From: Dimorphilus gyrociliatus
Taxonomy: Eukaryota > Animalia > Annelida
Assembly (NCBI GenBank): GCA_904063045.1
Contig: CAJFCJ010000019.1
Span: forward strand, 1,168,570-1,232,569
Direction of reading: 5' to 3'
Length of the DNA: 64,000 bases
A program made the translations under genes and the position numbers. This document shows positions 1-10,209 of this stretch, one piece after another. The stretch's first letter is position 1; each line of letters opens with the position of its first letter. The notes beneath the pieces were generated by a model. The model saw nothing but the letters and a program-made list of their open reading frames with translations. It was not told the origin of the DNA and did not search any database.

Positions 1-22
1 AGAGAGAGAGAGAGAGAGAGAG
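1..22. repeat. (AG)n microsatellite at the window edge
   Basis: Perfect AG dinucleotide run read directly. Confidence 0.95.
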
Positions 23-1095
23 GAACAAATTATAGATTATAAAGTTAACTGAGTGTTCGTTAATTAGATAATTTTACATAATGTGTTTGTAGATTATAGT
101 CTATTGTAAAAATGTCTGTCCTTCCGGTGTCCTCATACAAAGAAAAGGTGTTACCTTTTTTTTTCTCTATTTACCCTCTCGCCCAATTTCTCCCGAACAA
201 CCAAAGTAGACTTAAGTAAACAATAGAATATATGGTCACACTCATACTGTACGCTGCAGGTGTACCCATTCATTTCACATTGATCGCGCCCAAAATTCTT
301 CAAATCTCGTAAATATATATTTATATATAAAATATATAAAGTACATATAGTACATTATGTAATGTATATTATATATATGATATATGTACACACATATATA
401 TATATATATATTATAAGTTTATATATTTGTATAAATTTGCTTGCAGGGTATATATCGAACCGGAAGACGTACTAGCGTATTCATACTGACATAAAGATAT
501 ATAGTATATATACTATATGTATATGTATATATACATATATATAAACTGTATATTGTATATGTAAATGACCTTGCTCTATATGGGTGTGGGCGGCAGAGCT
601 TAAGTTCTAATACATATATGTGATATATAATGAAGGTGTATTCGTGACATCAATTAGATTTGAATAGACGCAAGGTGTTAGTGCGTGCGGTTTCGCAGTA
701 GGGGCGCCATTGTTGTTCAATCATACCGCTCCACGTTCACGCTGTGAACAAACATCGCTTTTTATAGCATAATTGCCTAATTATATACTCTCGGTATACC
801 ACACCAACTCAAAAGCCATTGACAAGATCGACGTATAGGACTTCATCCTCCATACGCACAAAATACACGCCAAATTCATTATAAAGAGTAAATGTATATA
901 CTATGTAGGTTTAAATATTAATGCGAGCATATTTACCATCATACATAAACGTTATGCATACCGGTGAAGTCGTATATAGTTTATAAGATATATATCTATT
1001 TATATAATTTTAAGACGCATATATATTACATATATTCACCCTGAAAATGCGCGTTCTGTGTGTTTTAATATTACATTACGCCCTTCTTCAAATAG

Positions 1096-1253
1096 ACCGA
1101 CGAATATGAAGGAGGATGACTGCTATGAGAAGAATGGCGAGAGATATATACAGTATGTATATACTGAAAAGTAGACGAACACTAATCAAGACTAGACGCA
1201 ATTCGTACAGCGTCTATTTGTTTGCCATCCCCTTGCGTCCAGCGTTGTCATAG
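1096..1253 (+). CDS. Possible last two exons of an unidentified gene entering from the left
   Basis: AG|1096..1152|GT exon plus a 43-nt intron with an ACTAAT branch-like motif gives ...PTNMKEDDCYEKNGERYIQRNSYSVYLFAIPLRPALS*. No family recognised; other exon-like blocks at 260-308 and ~447 could not be joined with confidence. Confidence 0.25.
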
Positions 1254-1463
1254 AGACGCAACGTTCACATGCACAAATGGGAAGTTGGGTGCAAATTGAA
1301 GCGGAATAACAAATATTCTTAATTTTTCTTTTGATGTACAATGATTAGTTAATCCCTTAACGATATATAAGTTAGCTACGTTGTCTTTCCATATACAGTA
1401 TATATATATCTAATATATACTAATGTATGGCTATAATTTTATACAGTTCCTTGTATATGTACG

Positions 1464-1499
<36 letters not shown>

Positions 1500-1548
1500 C
1501 TTTATACTTTTACAATATTTATGTAGATCTTGATAAGGATGTAGAACA

Positions 1549-2225
1549 TCACCGTCTCTATAATGTCCTTATAATAGAAGGAAATATTTACCATATCCTC
1601 AACATCATTCAAATGTATAATCCTTTTGGTTCTGGCAGCTTTTTCCGGTTCGGATGTTTCGACTAGTTTAGCAGTTTTAATTCTCTGTTCAACTGCCTCA
1701 TCTCTTTGCTTTTGGGCTTCGTGGACTTCTTGAACAAGATCTGTAAATGTATAAAAAGAAAGTATATATACATATTAGGTGTGAAATTGTTTTAACAGTA
1801 CACATTTCTCTCAAAATATATAAATGTTCAATGTGTGTGCTTATTAAGCGAAATTCTATAGATTTAAAGCTTGGAAGCGTGTACTGAAAAAATTTGTTGT
1901 TGTAAAACAAAACATTGACAAAACAAACGATAAAGTTAAACAGAAAATATTATGCTATTGACTTTATGCTAGTTTGTTCAAAGTTACCTTTTGCATCTAA
2001 AGCTCGTATTTTAGTAAATATTTGGTTGTAAAACAAAGGCACGTTTTTGTTTTGATATATACTCTATTCTTATCGACTTATGTTTATATACATATGTAGT
2101 ATATGCATTATAAGTTAAATAGTTACCATAAACTAAATATATCTAATTTATATATATAAATTTGATAGATTGACTGGAAGAACGTTCGGTAAAGTGCCTA
2201 CAAGGCCAATATTTTATGTTATATG

Positions 2226-2259
<34 letters not shown>

Positions 2260-3428
2260 TATATTTTATATACAACATATCTGTAATAGTAATTGAATGA
2301 CCTGTCAGTTGCCTTGCTGCTTCCGCTCGAATTTGCTTCTCTTTCGTTTCGCCATCGACTCGTAAACTAATTAGCTCCTTCTCGCAATCGGCTAGCCTTT
2401 TTTGTAGCTATAATTGGAAAGGAGTATAGGATAACCCATACTGAGAACATTGTGTAGGCCTACTACTAACCTGCTCATTTAGATCTCTTCCAATATTTAA
2501 TTCGTAAGTTAAAATACTTATTTGGCGGCGTTGTTCCTTCTCGACGTTAGCCCTTTCCAATAGCTAAAAAAAAGTTTAATTATATTTGTTTTCGCGTACT
2601 TCAACCGTTTTTCCACCGCTCAATCACTTTAGCTAATTTGCATTTTAAAATTTGAACTGAAATTCAAACCGGCTCTAAGCGTTTATCCTCCTCAAGAAGG
2701 GAGTCTTTGATGCGACCGTTCTCGGAGCCTCTATGAGTTTTGGCTTCGTTTGATAAATTCCGACCTAAATTGAACAAGAGCCTTTTTTATATAAATATTT
2801 TATGCGTATACTGTATATGATATATACACTTATATATCTATATGTTTAATAGTCGTTAATAAAAGTACACAACTAACCGGCAGGACTTTCGATTTTCTTG
2901 TCATCACTGTACGACTTATTTCTAAAAAATTTCGATAAAAAGTTTAGAGTTTCATCATCGATAGATGGCAGCACAAACCGAATGTAATCTTTATATTGTT
3001 GAATATTGGTTAGGTTATCCAAAGTATTATCCCGTCTTTTATCACCAAAACTATGATCTCTGCTATCACCGATATTCTTTTGCCTAGACGAAAATAAAAT
3101 TTCCATTATAGTAGGCCAAAAAATTGCTTAGATAGTAATAAAAAAAAAGAGAAAGCCTACTGCAAAAAAAAGAGAGGAGGAAAAAATCAATATTAATTTA
3201 CAGACTGGGGTCATATATTCAATAATATTGATTAGAAGGTACATTTTTAAAAAAATGATAAAAAACTTACTGATCGTGTAATGCATCCCTTAATTCGCCC
3301 ATCCTTAGTTTAGTCGCTTCCATAGCACTTCGAAATTCAATTACTAGTTTTTCGTCATCGCTTGGAAGAGTACGAGAACGTTTCTCTTCATCGGATCTAC
3401 ATACACGCAGACGTTCAGTATCGGCCAT
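1549..3428 (-). CDS. MIPOL1: MIPOL1-like coiled-coil protein, multi-exon, apparently C-terminally short
   Basis: Phase-consistent exons give ...RRQISILTYELNIGRDLNEQLQKRLADCEKEL...AARQLTDLVQEVHEAQKQRDEAVEQRIK, resembling the MIPOL1 segment LVEEVYFAQKERDEAVMSRL. The 3' end is uncertain. Confidence 0.5.
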
Positions 3429-3632
3429 GTTGATGATGTGAAAAAAAAAAAAAAAAAAAAAACGATTTTTTTTTTTCATTTGCCAGTATCTATTTATAAC
3501 CCTTATATGTGTACATATAAGCGTATATATAGGCGCTTTATTGTCAATAATTTTTATTATTTACGCGATACGTAGAACGCATTAATCGGTTGAAAAAAAA
3601 TTGTTATTGTTAATTTATTTTGAATAGTCTAT

Positions 3633-4184
3633 TCAATTCCACCAGGGCAGTCGGAAACTAATTTCAATAACGACCTCATTCAATTCAAAACTTATACCTA
3701 AAGCCTGTAGTAATGTGAAAATTCGCCCTTCCGGAACAATTCTGATATAGTCACCTCTTCCTCTATTCAAAATTTCGACAGGACTATTTAAAGGCTCGAA
3801 AGTTGGCATGTGAATAATGTTGATAAGTATTATATGGAATAGTTCAAAGATAATCCATAGAAAGCAAAGTAATAATATAAGTAATTCAACATTTTTCATA
3901 CCATAGTTACCAATTAAATGAAGGAAATTCCTTAACCAACTCTCATCCATTAAAAAACATAGAGAATACAGAATATAAAAGAAATGTAATATTCCAAGAG
4001 AAATATATAGTCCAACATGGGAAAAACTAGCAAAAAGCTTTGTTAGATGCGTAAAAAATGGTAATTTTGATATAAAATATTCAATTATTGGAGATTCTTG
4101 ACAATTTGTTACTTCTATTATTCGTTGAAGAGTACAATTAATTGAACAATTGTCACCTCCTTCTTGTCTTATTAATACTGTCAT
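3633..4184 (-). CDS. Uncharacterised protein with two predicted TM helices (183-aa ORF, may have an upstream exon)
   Basis: 552-nt open frame in very AT-rich DNA; two hydrophobic stretches (LFASFSHVGLYISLGILHFFYILYSLCFLM; LLILLLCFLWIIFELFHIILINII); AG acceptor just upstream of the ATG. Confidence 0.6.
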   Translation of the reverse strand: MTVLIRQEGGDNCSINCTLQRIIEVTNCQESPIIEYFISKLPFFTHLTKLFASFSHVGLYISLGILHFFYILYSLCFLMDESWLRNFLHLIGNYGMKNVELLILLLCFLWIIFELFHIILINIIHMPTFEPLNSPVEILNRGRGDYIRIVPEGRIFTLLQALGISFELNEVVIEISFRLPWWN

Positions 4185-4270
4185 TCTGTCAATTATTTAC
4201 ATCTTATTCAATACTTTTGTTATATTGTGTTGTTTTATTTTTAAAATATTTCAAATTATATATGCAGTAT

Positions 4271-4305
<35 letters not shown>

Positions 4306-4971
4306 TATTAATAGGATTACTTTATTTTCTCGGTTTTATTACTCCCTAGTTAGTATTAAATGATTATCCGGCTCATTTTCCCTCATTTACATATTGTATG
4401 GTATTCTTTCTCATATCAGATTCATTTCATCGATATTTTGACATTTTCCTCTTTTAAGTCAATCAATGACGTTTAAAGGATTAAATATATGTAAATGTAA
4501 GAAAGAGAGATTGTATTGTTATTCAATTATTTCTTTATAAATCATATACAATTTGTGCTGTATGCGTATAACTTTGTGTTTTATTTTGCATTTTACGCTT
4601 TGTTCATAAATATATGTACAGTTTATGGATTTATATAATTAATTATTTCCATTTCTAAGGAAAATTGTGATAATAATGCAGTAGTTGAGCTATTATCGAT
4701 TTATCAAAAAAAAACTAACTATATCATCTATTTCCACTCTGGGAAACATATTTTTTTAAATATATAATTCAACAATTCTCTTGTATCAACAAATTGAATG
4801 AAAACTAGCATCGCAATTTTTTTGAATTTAGGTTCAGTTAATTGAATTTTCAAAAATCTTTTAAAAAAAATAGGTTTTTTTCATTCTGTCACTCTTCGAA
4901 CTTCTCTCGAAGACTAGAAAAAAAAAAAGCAGTTAAGATTGGTTTATTTTCTTCTGCATGATTTAAATTTT

Positions 4972-5865
4972 TCAATATCTATCTAATCTAGTATACTGAG
5001 AGTGGGAAAGAGCTGATGGCATTGGAGCCGTACCTCTTTGGCCTGTCAAAGTTGGTGTAAAGGCCGATGATGGATTAGTTTGCGTTCTTACAGGATAGCC
5101 GCTTACGATACTTCCAGCGTTAGGCTGTTGTGGAGCAGGTACTGGACCCCTTTGCAACTGCTGTTGCAACTTGTATTTATCGTCGGCAGAAAATCCTGCT
5201 TTGCTATTTGCATGTTCCAATTGCTGTTGTAGACTCTTTGTTGTTGCTAGCAAGTGCTGACTGGAATAGGGCGTTATTGAAGGATATTGATAGGCATGCA
5301 TTGATGGGTAGGCAGGAACAAAAGACCCCGTAGTACTCGTAGCTGCAGTTGTAGCCATTTTTGGAGCGAATGGTGTTTCTTGAGAAAATGCTTTATAAGC
5401 TTTACCGTATACAGGTGAAGACTGATCAGGGGAATGAGGTCTCTTTGATAAAGAAGGCTTATTGAGCATAGTCGGGATAGGTACAGCTGGATAACCAGTC
5501 ACTTGAGGAGCAAGAAGACTATGACTTAAGAGTTGCTCATTTCTTTCCTGTACAATTCGCTTTTTATTCTCATCCTCTTCGCTGATCACCTTTTTCAACT
5601 GACCAAATAGCTGAGTTTTTTCATTCTTCATTTCTGTTAATTTGTTTCTCTTCTCATGAAGCTGCTTTGTGATAGTTTCAAGGGATATTCGCTGTTCCTG
5701 TTCCTTTTTTCTCCTTTCCTCTTCCCTTTGACGCCTTTTCTTCTCCTGTTCCTCTCCTAGTTCCAACTCTTTCTGTTTTCTGCGACGTTCACCCATTATA
5801 TACGTCTTCAAACCTTGATATTGGTGTCGAGTCATTTCGACTCGTTCAATACAAACACTAGGCAT
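4972..5865 (-). CDS. GPS2: G protein pathway suppressor 2 (NCoR/SMRT complex subunit), intronless CDS
   Basis: N-terminal coiled coil ...YIMGERRRKQKE...EQRISLE...EKTQLFGQLKKVISEE matches GPS2 (HIMMERERKRQE...RMSLEE...EKHQLFLQLKKVLHEE); Q/P/S-rich tail. Confidence 0.9.
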   Translation of the reverse strand: MPSVCIERVEMTRHQYQGLKTYIMGERRRKQKELELGEEQEKKRRQREEERRKKEQEQRISLETITKQLHEKRNKLTEMKNEKTQLFGQLKKVISEEDENKKRIVQERNEQLLSHSLLAPQVTGYPAVPIPTMLNKPSLSKRPHSPDQSSPVYGKAYKAFSQETPFAPKMATTAATSTTGSFVPAYPSMHAYQYPSITPYSSQHLLATTKSLQQQLEHANSKAGFSADDKYKLQQQLQRGPVPAPQQPNAGSIVSGYPVRTQTNPSSAFTPTLTGQRGTAPMPSALSHSQYTRLDRY

Positions 5866-6185
5866 GACGTATTTTATGTATATCGCAACAAATAAATCGA
5901 GCTGTCTTCAAGATTCAAGATGGCGGCGCGACGGTTTAGGTTCGCACTAAAATTTTTTCATATCATTTACAATATACAAAATGCAAGTGTAAAATGTCAG
6001 TATTGATTTTTAAGTTTAACAAATAATACTAGAACAATGAAGGCTTTCATGATATTCCCTCCAAGAACTACGCATGCGCAGTAGGTCAGCAGACGAGTAG
6101 ATGACTGATTATTTATGTTTCGAGTAGGGATGAAGTTATTGTGAATTCCCTTAAATTTCGTTAATTTTCGACCTAATCGATAAAC
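5866..6185. promoter_or_regulatory. Bidirectional promoter GPS2/abLIM with YY1 and NRF1-like motifs
   Basis: Head-to-head ATGs 320 nt apart; CAAGATGGCGGC (YY1 consensus) at 5916-5927; ACGCATGCGCA (NRF1-like) at 6070-6080. Confidence 0.6.
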
Positions 6186-8045
6186 ATGGGAAAGAAAAAC
6201 TGCGTAGCGTGTCGAAAAAATTGTAAGTCGGGAGCGATCCGAGTACCAGAAGACCGATATTATCACGAAAAATGTTTCGCCTGTGCCGAATGTAAAACGC
6301 CGCTCTCCATCTCTGAATTTTACTCTCATGATGGCCAATGCTACTGCCAAGCTGATTTTAAACGGTTGTTTGCTGCCAAATGTTCTTTCTGTGGTGAATT
6401 ATTTAATGGAGATGAGGAAAGAGCAATGGCACTTAATAAATACTGGCATCCAACTTGTTTCAAATGCGCTTTATGTAATAGACAAATGAAGGCTGGCGAG
6501 AAAGTGACTTTCGATGGTAAAGTATTCTCATGTTTTCAATGCAAGATACAATCTGGTGGCCCTAAAGTAACGTCAACCCCTTTAAAACCGATGCTTGGGG
6601 ATGTAACACCAGTTGCTGCCAGTCCGATTGGTGGAAAAGAGGTTAACAATATAGTAAAGGACGATTACACATTAATCATGAATGAAGCTACGCAGCTGGA
6701 ACGTGAAGTTCTTCCTCCCGAAGCTGACAATCCCCTAATAGAATCAGAACGAAAAGCTACAAGTGAGGCTCTAGCAAGCAGAAAAATTCAATTTGGAAAA
6801 TTCTACAATCAAAGCTATTTGAAAATTGATGTAAAACCAGTTGAGAAAGGTCCTCCTCAGAATCCAAATATCAGAAATCAATATCAGCACTTTCACAGGC
6901 CTGACAACTTTTCTTACAAAAATGTTAGAAGAGACTTTCAACCAACTAAACAGAATTCTGACTTCCTTCTTAGAATTCAAGATAAAAGAAAACGAGAAGC
7001 ACGACCAGCTATGAACAATGAAGAAGCGATTAAGTTAGCAAAATGTCCAGATGGGGATCCTGCCACTTATGTTGCTCCCATTGAAAGAGTTGACTGGCCC
7101 TGTCCAACTGCTCAAGCGGTTCTGCGCAATTCTGAACCTCGTATAAGATCCAGTAGTACCGGATCAAAATCGACTAGGTCAGCTTTATCAGATGACGAGG
7201 ACACAAAATATAACAAATCACTGGACTCCACTAGAGAGATAGCTTTCTTAAGACGATATGGTCAGTCGTCCAGTGTTGGTAGAGCATTATTGAAGTCTTT
7301 CGAAAAAGAGGAGCGCTTGAAGAAACAGAGAGCAGAAGATGACCCGGAAGAGGAACTCGATCCGGTCAGTGCTTCTAGAACACCATCTGCTAATAAAGAG
7401 CCACCTTTTAGGACACGTTACGAGTCGCATAAATTTGCGTCTCCATCGAGAGATTTAGAATATAGACCGAGATCAAGTTCCTTAGACGAACGACCCAGTG
7501 GTTATGGTAGAGGACGCTATGTGGTTTCATCTAAGTCTCCTCCTAAGCCTGGATATAGTTTAAAATCATCTACTCATCCATCTTCGGCAATGAGCAATGG
7601 AACTAGTAAATTTTCTAGAAGTCTAGAATGGGAAAGAGCATCTCTTTCGGAGTATGATCCAGAAACTGGATTAAGAAGAGTGCCTAGATATCGAATGACT
7701 CCTGGCACTAGTCTAAAATCTTCAGCTTATACAAGCACAAGGCATTCATTGCCGTCTATGTTGAGACCTGACCAGGGACAGGCAAAGGTAACGAAAACAA
7801 AGCAATTGGTCTTATCTCTTTTATTTAACAATTGTATGTTTACGCAGATCTATCCATACGAGCAACTTAAACTAACAAATCATTCTTTGCCACCCGGCGT
7901 CGATCGTCTGAACCTAGAAGAACATTTAAGTAAAGAAGAATTCGAATCTATCTTTCATATTGGTCACGAAGAATTTTATAGACTGGCCGAATGGAAAAGA
8001 AACGATATGAAGATGAGAGTTGATCTGTTCGAATGTCCTACTTGA
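6186..8045 (+). CDS. ABLIM: Actin-binding LIM protein (abLIM/UNC-115 family): 2 LIM domains, anchor region, villin headpiece; one probable 60-nt intron at 7788-7847
   Basis: Two CxxC..HxxC..C..C LIM repeats; C-terminal IYPYEQL...PPGVDRLNLEEHLSKEEFESIF...EFYRLAEWKRNDMK headpiece; LDPVSASRTPS anchor-type motif. Confidence 0.85.
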   Translation: MGKKNCVACRKNCKSGAIRVPEDRYYHEKCFACAECKTPLSISEFYSHDGQCYCQADFKRLFAAKCSFCGELFNGDEERAMALNKYWHPTCFKCALCNRQMKAGEKVTFDGKVFSCFQCKIQSGGPKVTSTPLKPMLGDVTPVAASPIGGKEVNNIVKDDYTLIMNEATQLEREVLPPEADNPLIESERKATSEALASRKIQFGKFYNQSYLKIDVKPVEKGPPQNPNIRNQYQHFHRPDNFSYKNVRRDFQPTKQNSDFLLRIQDKRKREARPAMNNEEAIKLAKCPDGDPATYVAPIERVDWPCPTAQAVLRNSEPRIRSSSTGSKSTRSALSDDEDTKYNKSLDSTREIAFLRRYGQSSSVGRALLKSFEKEERLKKQRAEDDPEEELDPVSASRTPSANKEPPFRTRYESHKFASPSRDLEYRPRSSSLDERPSGYGRGRYVVSSKSPPKPGYSLKSSTHPSSAMSNGTSKFSRSLEWERASLSEYDPETGLRRVPRYRMTPGTSLKSSAYTSTRHSLPSMLRPDQGQAKVTKTKQLVLSLLFNNCMFTQIYPYEQLKLTNHSLPPGVDRLNLEEHLSKEEFESIFHIGHEEFYRLAEWKRNDMKMRVDLFECPT

Positions 8046-8650
8046 ACGTCGGTATCGAGTTGGTTAGACTTTTTAAAAAATCGCGTGTAGTGTTTATGCA
8101 AATGGCAAAAGTTTTTCGCGCTAGAACCGCCATTCTTGTGATGATTGAGAAATCTTACTAGTTTTTAACGCAATATCCCCAGCTTGAACGATCAAGCTTT
8201 TCTTACTTTTTTTTGTTCCTATTTTGTTTTTGGTGCGTGAGTCATATCGGCCTTGTCATATCTCTTAGATAAAATGATTTTCTAATATCTAAACTGAATG
8301 AATTTAGATTTATCCTGCTGGTTATTTAGTAATTTGTAATTTTTGGGTTATATCATAATTAACGTTCTGGTTTTTGTTTAAGGCATCGTCTTTCGCCGCT
8401 ATGATCACGCTCTCTGTATGTATACGTTAAATAAAAATGACCGCCTTTTTTTTATTAAATATAATTGAAACTGCTTATTGTGCTTACAACGCTTTTTGTT
8501 TTCTTTCTTTCCACTAAACAAAATCCTATTCAAAACGGAATTTATCCAAAAAACAGATAAATACACAATTGTTCAGCTTAAAGGAATTTGTAATTTAACA
8601 TCTCTGTAATATGTCAAACCATTCCGGCCTACGTACGCATTTTTCACTGC

Positions 8651-8674
8651 CTCTCTCTCTCTCTCTCTCTCTCT
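8651..8674. repeat. (CT)n microsatellite between convergent abLIM and UPB1 3' ends
   Basis: Read directly. Confidence 0.9.
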
Positions 8675-8868
8675 AAGAATAGATATTTATTTCTATCTAA
8701 GATGTTTATTGTAGTTAGAATCATCTTTGTTAGTAACGATTGACGACTTAAGTATTTTGAAGCAAAGGAAATTCTATATTTTGAACACACCCTCTAAGAT
8801 TTTTTCACGTTTTGTTTTTTTAATTCTATAGATTGTCCTTCTTTTTCTAACACTATATATCAATATTA

Positions 8869-10020
8869 TTATTCTGTGATGATATTTGGTTGAAATTCAT
8901 CTAGCACTGCCTCACCCAAACTATTGGCATACATATCCAATCTCTGAGTCATTCGGAATCCCCATTTATCTCTAACTTGCCTTGAAAGATTTAAATCAAT
9001 CTCGGAAAATATTAATCCGTCTCTAACTCTAGAAAGCCCTGGCGTTCGACTTCCGTCTGGAGCGCTTATATAACTTGAACCGTAAAAGTGTCCAAAATTC
9101 TTGTGCGCCGGTTTACCGTCGCCTGATGTAAATTCATTAGGAAATTGCTCGCTTCCCACTCTATTAATTGCAACAGTGTAATAACTATTAGCTATAGCAG
9201 CGTTTCTTGCTTCTATAGGCCACATTGGTTCGGAGAGGCCACCCACAGTTGCGCTAGGATTGAAAACGATTTCCGCCCCGTTTAAGCCATAAGTAAGCCA
9301 ATTTAAAGGGTGATGTCTACCATAGCAAATGTTTATGGCAACTCTTCCAAATGCAGTTTGAAATACTCGATGACCTGTATCACCTTCCATATAATACGTC
9401 GACTCATTAAAGTCGCCAACTCTTGGTATATGATTTTTTCTCGATTTGCCCATATAATGACCATTATTCGAAATAACAACAGCCGTGTTCCATATAACAT
9501 CGCCATGAGCCTCATCCCTTTCAAGAATTGGCGAAACGATAACCATATTGTATTTCTTTGCGTAATCTTGCAAAAAGCAAGTTGATGGACCATTTTCGGC
9601 AGATTCAGCGAATTCGCACCAGGGATACTTTTCCCTAGTGCAAAAAGCAAATGGCATTGTCCAAGCTTCTTGAAGGCATAGTACATTTACACCGCATTCT
9701 CCCGCAAGATCAATTATTTTGCCAATTTTCCTGTGCAATGCATCCCTTTGATTCACGACAGGTTCATCAGTACCAATAGCTATCGAGTTCTGGATGGCTC
9801 CTACTCTGACAAGTCTAGCAGCTCTACTCTGTTCTTTAGGACAATCAAATTTATAGCCTTCCACGTCAACATTAATCGATTTAGCTTTTTCTTCTACATT
9901 GCTATTCAAGGGTAGTTTAATCGGCGCATTACCGAAAAGTATTCGCTTGACCTCCTTTAACTGATCAGATGGAATATGTTCATCAAGAACATCTTCTAAT
10001 CGATTTATTTCGGCTGCCAT
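8869..10020 (-). CDS. UPB1: Beta-ureidopropionase (nitrilase superfamily), intronless CDS
   Basis: [54 protein letters not shown] and [12 protein letters not shown] (E-K-C catalytic triad); 383 aa. Confidence 0.97.
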   Translation of the reverse strand: MAAEINRLEDVLDEHIPSDQLKEVKRILFGNAPIKLPLNSNVEEKAKSINVDVEGYKFDCPKEQSRAARLVRVGAIQNSIAIGTDEPVVNQRDALHRKIGKIIDLAGECGVNVLCLQEAWTMPFAFCTREKYPWCEFAESAENGPSTCFLQDYAKKYNMVIVSPILERDEAHGDVIWNTAVVISNNGHYMGKSRKNHIPRVGDFNESTYYMEGDTGHRVFQTAFGRVAINICYGRHHPLNWLTYGLNGAEIVFNPSATVGGLSEPMWPIEARNAAIANSYYTVAINRVGSEQFPNEFTSGDGKPAHKNFGHFYGSSYISAPDGSRTPGLSRVRDGLIFSEIDLNLSRQVRDKWGFRMTQRLDMYANSLGEAVLDEFQPNIITE

Positions 10021-10065
10021 GTCTGTAACCCTTCGACTATCGACTGTCTGACGATAATAGCAGCA

Positions 10066-10075
10066 ATCACGTGAC
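10066..10075. promoter_or_regulatory. CLEAR-type E-box (ATCACGTGAC) about 45 nt upstream of the UPB1 ATG
   Basis: Motif read directly in the 190-nt gap between the RAB15 stop and the UPB1 start. Confidence 0.45.
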
Positions 10076-10209
10076 TAATATTTTTTTGGCGCTTCTTGTT
10101 CAAAATTTAATGAAATGTAAACAACTTATGCAAAAATACTTAAAATTTCGTTTATTTATTGATTTAACTCGATTTAATGGAACAAAGATGGTTCTTTTTT
10201 TAAATATTA

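Noticed and set aside
541-765. GC-rich patches with small hairpins (GCTCT/AGAGC, TGCG/CGCA, GTTCAC/GTGAAC) followed by ACA, resembling an H/ACA snoRNA
   Set aside because: No H box (ANANNA) in the hinge and stems too short; cannot be told apart from exon or UTR sequence without an Rfam scan.
1698-1910. 70-aa minus-strand ORF and other exon-like pieces at 1980-2200
   Set aside because: They lie inside the MIPOL1-like intron; the direct junction QLT-D-LVQEV restores the family motif without them.
2564-2669. Apparent in-frame TGA (2664-2666) suggesting selenocysteine or readthrough
   Set aside because: Explained by a 106-nt phase-0 GT-AG intron.
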